The notes under the pieces were generated by a model, which worked only from the letters and a program-made list of their open reading frames with translations, made no database searches and had not been told where the DNA came from. The position numbers and the translations under genes are program-made. This document shows positions 19,001 through 25,713 of a stretch of DNA of 27,037 nucleotides, in pieces (positions within the stretch are counted from its first letter, which is position 1; every line of letters begins with the position of its first letter). This stretch comes from a bacterium (lineage in GTDB: Bacteria; Sysuimicrobiota; Sysuimicrobiia; Sysuimicrobiales; Humicultoraceae): assembly GCA_041497675.1 (NCBI GenBank), contig JBGQGY010000039.1, forward strand, positions 1 to 27,037, written 5' to 3'.

Positions 19001-19551
19001 AAAAGCTGTACACGCAGAGCCTGCTACTGCTCTCCGCGGTGAATCTTCCGCACTACGTCTGCGAGATGCGCTACCGGCTGGCGGATCTCTACGCCCGCCA
19101 GGGACGTTTCGCCGACGCCCACGCCTCGGCCACCGACGCACTGCACACCGCCACCCGGCTCAAGCGGACGCCCATCCAATTCGCCGCCGAGTTGCTCAAC
19201 GTCCACGCCCGAGTGCACCTGGGTCAGATTTCGCGGGAGCAGGCGGAAGTCGACTTCCTCGGACTCCTCGTGCGTTATCCGGACCCTCGGCACCAGGCCG
19301 CAGTGCACTACGAGCGGTGGCGGTTGATGGGGGCCGAAGAACCCCGCAGGCTTGCCGCAGACTTGTATCGCACGCGCTCTGCCGGCATCGACCGCATCGA
19401 ATGTCGACGACGCTACGCCGAGTTGACCGGCAATGGGGTGCAGGACTCACCGGATTTGCCGCCGATCCCGGGCGTTCTCCCCTCTGTGCCCCCTGACCTG
19501 GACCATGTCTTGAAGCGCGCGGGGCACCTGCTGCGGCCCACCGTCTCATGA
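16078..19551 (+). CDS. AfsR/SARP-family transcriptional activator: winged HTH + BTAD + STAND/AAA ATPase + TPR array
   Basis: LHLLGGF, SRQHLAGLFWPD..ARTNLR (wHTH); VDV.EFE, LYRGDLL, DPLQE..YR.LMRL, LQRELDV.PSPET (BTAD); LVGR, Walker A GEPGIGKT, Walker B VVVDDLQWCD, TEGNPLF, FTHD; about 9 TPR-like ~40-aa repeats. Confidence 0.92.
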   Translation: MSGLLSLHLLGGFRMVDGDGPVPGVESVRVQSLVAHLVLHAGDSFSRQHLAGLFWPDSPDGQARTNLRKLVLELRRALPDFDRYLLIEDRALQWRRDAPISVDVVEFEHALAHASSPAALEQVITLYRGDLLQECYDDWIIPERERLRRSYMDALARLVAALEAHRDYAGAIRHARRLLDLDPLQEATYRLLMRLHALTGDRTGAVRVYHACASTLQRELDVVPSPETREAYERLLAADARPATQPLAAPPLVGRHSEWERLQTAWRTVMAGSSRAVILGGEPGIGKTRLTEDLLEWAARQGIASRHARCYTAEADLAFAPITALLRARSLPPMTAVVKRDVARLLPELLEDDPTLPPPGPLTEAWQRQHLFETMARILLVDQPLLVVVDDLQWCDEESLEFLHSLTRRNPHARLLLAVTMRPEEVDAIHPLQRVVQSWRHAGILTQIDLGPLDAGATAQLASSIAGADLSAEAASRVFRDTEGNPLFIVELARAGLVGTSDPAEPLPPQIQEVIRTRLAHLSPAARELAGVASAVGRSFTFRLLAEVGGMEEDSLIRCLDELWHRRIIREQGAEAYDFTHDKVREVAYRVMSAARRRWLHRQIARGLETLYKTNLDDASGQIATHYEQAGMSDEATPYYLRAAEAARRVSAYDVAINYYHRLLALETGVDRITVMRRLAEIWQRTGRWTDAEQIVRQALALARQAADTEAEAECQIGLGFILRLRGSYTEAISWFEQARQIFEHLSVPRGVGRSVGHLGIVYFELADYARALDCFNRQWQIAQRLGDTAEMSNALRDMGLVHWAQGDYTQALACHERHLHLAAERGERSGIEGMNALNNLGLVYRAMGEYARALEYHQESLKIAREIGNRRGLAVALGNIGIDHEEQGAYVRALDYFTQQLAIAEELGDRRSVSHAVWHAGNVYEALGRYAEALCYFSKQLAIATELDDRRVAAIALGNIARVRAAQGSDQDAEKLYTQSLLLLSAVNLPHYVCEMRYRLADLYARQGRFADAHASATDALHTATRLKRTPIQFAAELLNVHARVHLGQISREQAEVDFLGLLVRYPDPRHQAAVHYERWRLMGAEEPRRLAADLYRTRSAGIDRIECRRRYAELTGNGVQDSPDLPPIPGVLPSVPPDLDHVLKRAGHLLRPTVS

Positions 19552-19576
19552 ACCCTCCGCGGCTAGGCCTCTGCCA

Positions 19577-19609
19577 GGAACGCTTGCGGAACGGCGCCCG
19601 TGGTACAAG
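19577..19609 (+). promoter_or_regulatory. Candidate SARP-dependent promoter: GGAACG direct repeat plus extended -10
   Basis: GGAACG at 19577-19582 and 19588-19593 (11-bp period), then TG-G-TACAAG at 19601-19609; GAGGTG RBS before ATG 19641. Confidence 0.55.
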
Positions 19610-19640
19610 ACCATCATCGCAGTATCAGTGAGGTGAGCCG

Positions 19641-20624
19641 ATGTCCGGAGCCGGTCTCCTGTTCGTCTCCGCGGTGATCACCATTGTGCCGGTTCTCATC
19701 TATATCTGGGTCCTGTGGGTGATTGACCGGTACGAGAAAGAGCCCCTGTCGCTGCTTGGCGTCGCCCTCTTGGGGGGTGCCGTGGTCGCCCCGGCTCTCA
19801 CGGTGATCGTCGAAAGACTGTTGGGGTTGTCGAGCTCGATCTTTCCTGCGCTCTTCCAGATCTATCCGGTCGTCCGCCCAAACCTGGCAGGGGCCGTCAT
19901 AGAGGAGCTGGCAAAAGGCGCGGTCATCCTCGGCGCCTACCACTTTCTGCGGAGCGAGTTCGACGATACCCTTGACGGAATCGTCTACGGCGCCACGGTC
20001 GGCGCGGGGTTCGCCCTGGCCGAGTCCGTGAGTTTTCTCCGTGAACTGGCGCCCATGGCCGCGAGCGCCAACTTCGACCCTGGGCTTTTCTTCGCCATCT
20101 TCATATCCGGCCTGACCCACTGCGTTTTTGGCGCCACGTTCGGCGCCACCCTCGGCTATGTCCGCGAAACCTCCCCGGCGGGCGGTATGCGACTGGCCAT
20201 GCCTGTAGGCGGGCTGGTCGCCGCCGTGCTCTACCACGTGGGATACGTGGCCGCAGGCGCGGCGGGTTTGGCGGGCATCGGCGGCACGCCTGGGATGCTC
20301 CTCGGTCTCGGCCGGCGGGTCGCGGACTGGGCCGGTCTGGTCATGCTGGCCTTCATCGTGGTGTGGGCGTGGTCGCGGGAACGCGGCATTCTCCGGTGGG
20401 GGCTGGCCGACGAAACCGCGACGGGCGCGATCACCGCCGACGAGTTGTCCGCATTGACTGGGACCGGCCGGTTGGCTGGGGCCAAGTCACTGCGTGAAGC
20501 GCTGGCCGAATTGGCGTTTGCAAAGTGGCGGGCATCTCGAGGGTTCGGCAGCGACGAAGAGGTCAAACGCCAGCGTCAGCGTGTGCTCCAGCTCAGGTCG
20601 GCCAAAGGGGGTGAGCGCCGATGA
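19641..20624 (+). CDS. PrsW-family intramembrane protease, paralog 1 (last motif degenerate)
   Basis: IDRYEKEP, EExxK (IEELAK), DGIVYG..VG.GFALAE, LTH; the final HxxxN motif reads HVGYV. Confidence 0.88.
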   Translation: MSGAGLLFVSAVITIVPVLIYIWVLWVIDRYEKEPLSLLGVALLGGAVVAPALTVIVERLLGLSSSIFPALFQIYPVVRPNLAGAVIEELAKGAVILGAYHFLRSEFDDTLDGIVYGATVGAGFALAESVSFLRELAPMAASANFDPGLFFAIFISGLTHCVFGATFGATLGYVRETSPAGGMRLAMPVGGLVAAVLYHVGYVAAGAAGLAGIGGTPGMLLGLGRRVADWAGLVMLAFIVVWAWSRERGILRWGLADETATGAITADELSALTGTGRLAGAKSLREALAELAFAKWRASRGFGSDEEVKRQRQRVLQLRSAKGGERR

Positions 20625-21238
20625 GCACGCCTGTCGCCCCCGCGAATCCGAACCGCAAGCTCCTCATCGGGGCGGGTGTTGGGTGCGGCTGTCTGTCCCT
20701 CATCATCGCGATCGTCGCCCTGATCTTGATCTTCTCGTCGCTGGGACGAACGCAGAGCCAGCCGGTGCCGCAGCCTCAACCACAGCCCGTGCAGCCGCAA
20801 CCTGGGCCGCAGCCCGCGCCACAGCCAGCTCCGCAGCCAGCTCCGCAGCCTGCCCCGCGGCCCGGCCCGCAAGCCGAGGGCATCGACGGCCTGAAGGTGC
20901 AGATGGCAATGGTCAAAGTCCAGGGAGACGCGGACAACGCGCGGCCGGGTGCTCCCACCGATACATATGGTCAAGGAGAAATTGCCGGCGCGCTTGGCAA
21001 CTTCGTGGAGGTGCGTGGCACACACGAGATACACATTTACTGGTTCAAGGTCGAAGGCGACAAACCATCGCTTGTGGCCAAACCCTATGTGGCGACTATC
21101 TCGGATAATATGCAGGGCAAGCCTTTCTTCTTCCGTCTCTCGGGGCTCGTGGCGGGCGACTTTATCTTCGCGATCCTGAAGAACACGGGCCCGGACCAGT
21201 TCCAGCGCGTCGCGATCCGACGGTTCCGTGTCCAGTAA
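20621..21238 (+). CDS. Single-pass membrane protein with Pro/Gln-rich stalk and unknown C-terminal domain
   Basis: ATGA coupling to prsW-1; short basic N-tail, TM LLIGAGVGCGCLSLIIAIVALILIF, PQPA repeats, then a ~120-aa beta-rich-looking domain. Confidence 0.8.
   Translation: MSTPVAPANPNRKLLIGAGVGCGCLSLIIAIVALILIFSSLGRTQSQPVPQPQPQPVQPQPGPQPAPQPAPQPAPQPAPRPGPQAEGIDGLKVQMAMVKVQGDADNARPGAPTDTYGQGEIAGALGNFVEVRGTHEIHIYWFKVEGDKPSLVAKPYVATISDNMQGKPFFFRLSGLVAGDFIFAILKNTGPDQFQRVAIRRFRVQ
20759..20872 (+). repeat. Coding tandem repeat (QP / PQPA units)
   Basis: Imperfect 12-nt units such as CCGCAGCCAGCT, with synonymous third-position variation. Confidence 0.85.
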
Positions 21239-21264
21239 AGTCATTCACCACAGGAGGTGATCGC

Positions 21265-22476
21265 ATGAGCCCAGGTCGTGGTCCCGCACTGCCCAACATC
21301 ACGCTCCCGTCAGGAAACCTATCTGATCGGGGCATCCGCCATCTCATGCTCGCTGTTTTTGGAGGGGTGTTCTTCCTCTTCACGATCGGCACTCTCATCC
21401 TCTTAGGGACCAAATTCCCGCTGGGCACTCTCATTGTTTGCGGCCTTGCCGCCGTCCTGCCCGTGCCGATCTACGCGGCACTGATCCTGTGGCTGGACCG
21501 ATATGAAAAAGAACCGGCGTTTCTTCTGGTGTCGGCCTTCCTCTGGGGCGCGGTCGTCGCGACATTCGTCTCATACTTCATCAACACGGGCGCGGCCGTA
21601 GTGCTTCACGGCATCCTCGGACCGAGGCTGGCGGGGGCGCTGGCGCCTGCGTTATCGGCGCCGATCGTCGAGGAGACCTCTAAGGGGTTTGCCCTCCTAC
21701 TCCTCTACTTCCTGGCAAAGAACGAGTTCAACGACGTCGTGGACGGCATCGTGTACGGCGCGCTCGTTGGGCTGGGTTTCGCCATGGTCGAAAACATCAT
21801 CTACTTCGGCCGGGTCTACACAGCCGGAGGGGCGGCTGGGCTGGGGTACCTCTTTGTCATGCGCGCCGTCTTTAGCGGGCTGATCCACCCGCTCTTCACC
21901 GGCTGCACGGGAGCCGGACTTGGGTACTCGCGAGAAACGACCAGCGGCGTCCGAAAGCTCGCGGCCCCGGTCATCGGTTACTTCGCCGCCATGATGCTTC
22001 ACGCGTTGTGGAACGGGACCGGCGGACTCCTCGACCTGAGCGGTGTTCAGATGAGCCCCATGGTTGCGCTGTTCGTGCTCGTCCCGGGGATGATGCTGAT
22101 CTACGGCGTCCCCGCGATGGCGGTGCTCGTCCTTCTGGCGAAGGCGGGATGGAAGCGAGAGATCGCCGTGATCCAGGAGTTTCTGAAGGACGAAGTCAAA
22201 CGCGGGACCGTCTCGGAAGGCGAGTACAACCTGCTGACCAACACCCGCGAACGCTTTCGCCACCTCATGGGGGCGTTTACGAAGCACGGGCCGTCCGGAT
22301 GGCTTGCGCTGCGCTCGCTGTATGAGATGGAAGTCGACCTGGCGTTCCGTAAGTCCCAGGAGGCCCGCGGAGAGAAACTCCCGTCGTTCGATGTCGTCGT
22401 CTCCGTGGATGGGTTCAGGGAGCGCATCGGTCAAACCCGCAAGCGGCTCTCCGATATCGGCGTCGCGACAGCGTAA
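21265..22476 (+). CDS. PrsW-family intramembrane protease, paralog 2 (all motifs intact)
   Basis: LDRYEKEP, APIVEETSK, DGIVYG..VGLGFAMVEN, LIHPLFT and LHALWN; CAGGAGGTGA RBS. Confidence 0.93.
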   Translation: MSPGRGPALPNITLPSGNLSDRGIRHLMLAVFGGVFFLFTIGTLILLGTKFPLGTLIVCGLAAVLPVPIYAALILWLDRYEKEPAFLLVSAFLWGAVVATFVSYFINTGAAVVLHGILGPRLAGALAPALSAPIVEETSKGFALLLLYFLAKNEFNDVVDGIVYGALVGLGFAMVENIIYFGRVYTAGGAAGLGYLFVMRAVFSGLIHPLFTGCTGAGLGYSRETTSGVRKLAAPVIGYFAAMMLHALWNGTGGLLDLSGVQMSPMVALFVLVPGMMLIYGVPAMAVLVLLAKAGWKREIAVIQEFLKDEVKRGTVSEGEYNLLTNTRERFRHLMGAFTKHGPSGWLALRSLYEMEVDLAFRKSQEARGEKLPSFDVVVSVDGFRERIGQTRKRLSDIGVATA

Positions 22477-22494
22477 CGGGAGGAGGCAACAGAC

Positions 22495-24090
22495 GTGTCC
22501 CAGAGAGGTTCCAGTACTGTCATCATCCTGCTGGCCATTGTGATCGTCCTATTGCTGGGCGCAGCCGGCGTGGGAGCCTTCATCATCCTGCGCTCGCAGC
22601 AGCGCCCGACGGGCGGTCCGGCAGGCCCCGTGCCGGTCCAACCACCGGTGAACCCTCCACAACCGGTGGCGTCTCCGGCGCAGCCGTTCCAGCCTCCGCA
22701 GCCGCCGGCGCCCCCGGCCGCAAGCGATGTGATCAGCAAGCTCGAGCTGGCCGCCACATCGCCGACGGACGTGGCTCAGGCAGAGCCGGTAAACCTCAAG
22801 ATGACCTTCGTGTTCGGCGGCAGTGAAAAAACCAAAGTCGAGGCCCAGCTGGCCTGGCGCGCCGGCGATGATCAGCTCGAGTACGGTAAGGTTTTTGGGT
22901 ATGAGGCCGTTCCCGGCCCCAACACCATTGACGGGTGGACCTTCCGCTCTCACCCGGACAGCCCGCCGGGAACGAAGTACGCCATGTACGCGGTGATCAG
23001 AACCGCGGGCAAGATCTTCATTTCTCAGACCGCCGTCCCGGTGACCGTCAGAGGATCTGCTGCTCCACCACAGCCGCCGACCGCACCGGCCGCAAGCGAT
23101 CTGGTCCGCGATCTGCAGATCACCGCGGTCTCACCCACCGAAGCCCCGCCCGGCGAGGCCGTCAAGCTCAAGATGACCTTTGGCTTCAACGGGCCTGAGA
23201 AGACCAAGGTTGCCGCGCAACTGGCCTGGAAGATCGGCGACGCGGAATTGACCTATGGCAAGGAGTACAACGAGGACGTCGTCCCCGGTCAGAACATCAG
23301 CGAGGGTTGGAGCTTCAAGACTGCGCCGGATACCGCCAACGGTACCAAGTTCACGATGTTTGCGGTGGTCAAGGCCGGTGGTAAGACCTTCATCTCGCAG
23401 ACAGGCGTTACGATCACGGTCACGACGTCCGCGCAGCCGGCGCCGCAGCCGCCTCCTGCACCGGTCCCCGCGCCACCACCGGGACCAGTCCCCGTTCCGC
23501 CGCCTCCCGGACCGGCCCCCGCTCCACCGCCGGGCCCGGCCCCCGCTCCCGGACCGGTACCGCGACCGGCACCGGCGCCGGTCGAGATGCAGTCCTACCG
23601 CGACCCAGGCGGTCGGTTCATGATCGACTACCCCGTCGGGTGGCGCACCCAGCTGCTCCAGGGTGGATTCATGGCCTTCTACAAAGATCATCCCGAGGAA
23701 GGCATTTCGTTTATTCATAATCCCTGGGGCGTTCTGCGCGGGGCTTTCGGCGGTCGCGAAGTCGCCCAACTGTTCATGGACAATGCCCACCGAAAATATC
23801 CGGATATGCAGGTGCTCGGTCAGGACATCAAGCAGCTCGCCCGGAACGGGCCGATTCGCACCGACGCGGCAATCCTAGAGGTCGCCTGGACGAACCTGCG
23901 GGGGGAGCGCATGCGCGGGCGCATTGCGATCGTGGCCACCAACGTGCAAATGGCTGGGATGCCAAACGAAACGACGCTTCACTATTGGGCGTATCAGGCC
24001 CCCGAAGTCGCCTGGGACTCGATGCAATCGATATTTATCCAGATGTACCAGAGCTGGAGTGGAACAGCATACGTCACCTCGCCACCGTAG
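22495..24090 (+). CDS. Membrane-anchored Pro-rich protein with two tandem ~112-aa repeats and a C-terminal PsbP/DcrB-like domain
   Basis: GGGAGGAGG RBS; N-terminal TM; three Pro-rich linkers; duplicated domain; the C-terminal domain begins YRDPGGRFMIDYPVGW, a PsbP-like pattern. Confidence 0.8.
   Translation: MSQRGSSTVIILLAIVIVLLLGAAGVGAFIILRSQQRPTGGPAGPVPVQPPVNPPQPVASPAQPFQPPQPPAPPAASDVISKLELAATSPTDVAQAEPVNLKMTFVFGGSEKTKVEAQLAWRAGDDQLEYGKVFGYEAVPGPNTIDGWTFRSHPDSPPGTKYAMYAVIRTAGKIFISQTAVPVTVRGSAAPPQPPTAPAASDLVRDLQITAVSPTEAPPGEAVKLKMTFGFNGPEKTKVAAQLAWKIGDAELTYGKEYNEDVVPGQNISEGWSFKTAPDTANGTKFTMFAVVKAGGKTFISQTGVTITVTTSAQPAPQPPPAPVPAPPPGPVPVPPPPGPAPAPPPGPAPAPGPVPRPAPAPVEMQSYRDPGGRFMIDYPVGWRTQLLQGGFMAFYKDHPEEGISFIHNPWGVLRGAFGGREVAQLFMDNAHRKYPDMQVLGQDIKQLARNGPIRTDAAILEVAWTNLRGERMRGRIAIVATNVQMAGMPNETTLHYWAYQAPEVAWDSMQSIFIQMYQSWSGTAYVTSPP
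22714..23421 (+). repeat. Intragenic domain duplication (22714-23049 and 23086-23421, 372-nt period)
   Basis: Ungapped alignment of 112 aa with about 60 identities by hand count, including LKMTF, EKTKV.AQLAW, YGK, VPG.N...GW.F, GTK and FISQT. Confidence 0.92.
23434..23580 (+). repeat. Coding Pro-rich low-complexity repeat (PPPGPAPA-like)
   Basis: QPAPQPPPAPVPAPPPGPVPVPPPPGPAPAPPPGPAPAPGPVPRPAPAP. Confidence 0.85.
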
Positions 24091-24122
24091 GTCGAACGAC
24101 ACGAAGCGCAGGTGAAGTTATC

Positions 24123-24338
24123 ATGGAGGAAGAGGGACGCAAGCCGTCGCAACTGTTCACCCTCAGGGTGTGGACCGAAGCCGTGGGTGAGAGTCAGACC
24201 GAGTGGCGCGGCAAGGTCCAGCACATTGCGACGGGCGAGGCTCGATATTTCCGCAGCTGGCAGGCGCTGGTGGAGTTCCTCGAGCGCCGCATGAGCGAGG
24301 GTGCAGATGACCTGTCGGGCTCCAACAAGCGCGCCTGA
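24123..24338 (+). CDS. Small hypothetical protein (71 aa)
   Basis: ATG at 24123 after AGGTG; sequence MEEEGRKPSQLFTLRVWTE...WRGKVQHIATGEARYFRSWQALVEFL. It fills the gap between two operon genes. The ORF-track start at 23985 overlaps the upstream gene and is unlikely. Confidence 0.78.
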   Translation: MEEEGRKPSQLFTLRVWTEAVGESQTEWRGKVQHIATGEARYFRSWQALVEFLERRMSEGADDLSGSNKRA

Positions 24339-24353
24339 CCGCGGGACGTTCGC

Positions 24354-25169
24354 ATGAGGGCAGGTACTCCGCTGCCCCGCCGGAGCATCTGGATCGCCCA
24401 GGCACTCACTATTACCGGGCTTATTCTCTACGTGCTGCTGGTCCAGGTCCTGGCCCCCGCCCTCCAGGAACCGGGGCGCAGGACCGGCGCGGCCATCGGT
24501 CTGCTGCTGGCGCTGGTGCCCGCCGTGCTGTGGCTTGTTCTGTTCTACGTTCAGGATGCACGAGAACCCGAGCCACTTGGCTACGTCGTGCGCGTAGCGC
24601 TCGCGGGAGGGGTTCTCGGTGGGGCGATCGTACTGCCCGTCCTGCAGCGGGTCTTCGCCTCAGCAGGCTGGGTCAACGCCGGCCCGCTCGTCGGATTGTT
24701 GGGATCCATTCTCATCATCGGAGCGCTGCAAGAGTTCTGTGTGTATCTAGCGGTTCGCTTTACGGTCTACGAGGTCAGCGAGTTCGACGAGGTCGCCGAC
24801 GGCGTCACCTATGGCACGGCGGCGGGCGTTGGGTTGGCGACGATACTGAACCTGTGGCTGGTCATGGCCGGCCCGAGCATCAACCCGGTGCCGATGGCCA
24901 TCCGCATGGTCGTGATCACCCTCGGACACTCGGCCTTCGGCGGCGTCCTCGGGTATTTCCTCGGGCTGGCGAAGATCCACCACCAGCCTCAACGCGCGGT
25001 GCAGGGGTTCGTGCTGGCCGCTGTGCTCAACGGGCTGTTCACGTACTTCCTGCGGGAGGTCACGCAGAGCGGGCTCACCTACAAACCGTGGAACGGGCTG
25101 GTGCTGGCGACGGCCGTTGCGGTGATCGTCACGCTCGTCCTCGTGAGGCGCGAGCATGCGAAGGCTTGA
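24354..25169 (+). CDS. PrsW-family protein, paralog 3 (catalytic motifs degenerate)
   Basis: QDAREPEP, EFDE..DGVTYG.AAGVG and LGHSAFG..LGYFLG show the family. EExxK has become QEFCV, FxxxE has become LATIL, and HxxxN has become NGLFT. Confidence 0.82.
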   Translation: MRAGTPLPRRSIWIAQALTITGLILYVLLVQVLAPALQEPGRRTGAAIGLLLALVPAVLWLVLFYVQDAREPEPLGYVVRVALAGGVLGGAIVLPVLQRVFASAGWVNAGPLVGLLGSILIIGALQEFCVYLAVRFTVYEVSEFDEVADGVTYGTAAGVGLATILNLWLVMAGPSINPVPMAIRMVVITLGHSAFGGVLGYFLGLAKIHHQPQRAVQGFVLAAVLNGLFTYFLREVTQSGLTYKPWNGLVLATAVAVIVTLVLVRREHAKA

Positions 25170-25713
25170 TCTTCCCGTCTGGATCGCCGCGGTCGTGATG
25201 CTTGGGGCAGGTTGGGGCCTTATCAAATCCGCGGACGCCAGGATGATCGGCTTTGCCGACCCGCAGGGGTCGCTGCGTCTCCAGTATCCCGCCGGCTGGT
25301 TGCGGGTTCCGGGATCCACCGCGCTGCTTGAAATCCAGGATCCACTGTCCGGGGCCCCGGTGGCGACGACCCTGCTGGCGGAGCGCGCCCCCCGGCCCGC
25401 CGACCAAACGCTGGATCAGATCGCCCGCGAGGGAACGTTCGACCGGAGTCAGCGGATGGTCATGTACCGGGTCCTCCGCCAGCGAGCCATCCGCGTGGGC
25501 GGTCATGACGCGGTCGCGGTAGATTACGCATTCGTCGCCGACCCCCACCAGTCGGTCCCGGAGGCGGAACGTCTGCCTGTCGTGATGCGCGGCACCCAAG
25601 TGGTCGTCGCCACCGACAAGACGGTCTACCGCATCGACCTGCGGGCCTCGGCGGGCGTCATCGGTCGCGCGCGGGTCCAGTTCGAGCGGATCCTCCGCGA
25701 GGTGCAACTGTGA
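25156..25713 (+). CDS. N-terminally anchored or exported PsbP/DcrB-like protein
   Basis: 14-nt overlap with prsW-3; hydrophobic N-terminus; FADPQGSLRLQYPAGW, VGGHDAV and a C-terminal FERILREV helix fit the PsbP-like pattern. Confidence 0.72.
   Translation: MRRLDLPVWIAAVVMLGAGWGLIKSADARMIGFADPQGSLRLQYPAGWLRVPGSTALLEIQDPLSGAPVATTLLAERAPRPADQTLDQIAREGTFDRSQRMVMYRVLRQRAIRVGGHDAVAVDYAFVADPHQSVPEAERLPVVMRGTQVVVATDKTVYRIDLRASAGVIGRARVQFERILREVQL

Noticed and set aside
16078..19551. Avs-type antiphage STAND protein
   Set aside because: The N-terminal module is a SARP wHTH-BTAD activator, not a nuclease, protease, SIR2 or TM effector.
19584..19609. TTGCGG as a standard -35 for the PrsW operon
   Set aside because: It is only 14 nt from TACAAG; better explained as part of the direct repeat.
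20759..20872. Short tandem repeats as a CRISPR array or contingency locus
   Set aside because: They are in-frame Pro/Gln codons with synonymous variation; there are no spacers and no cas genes.
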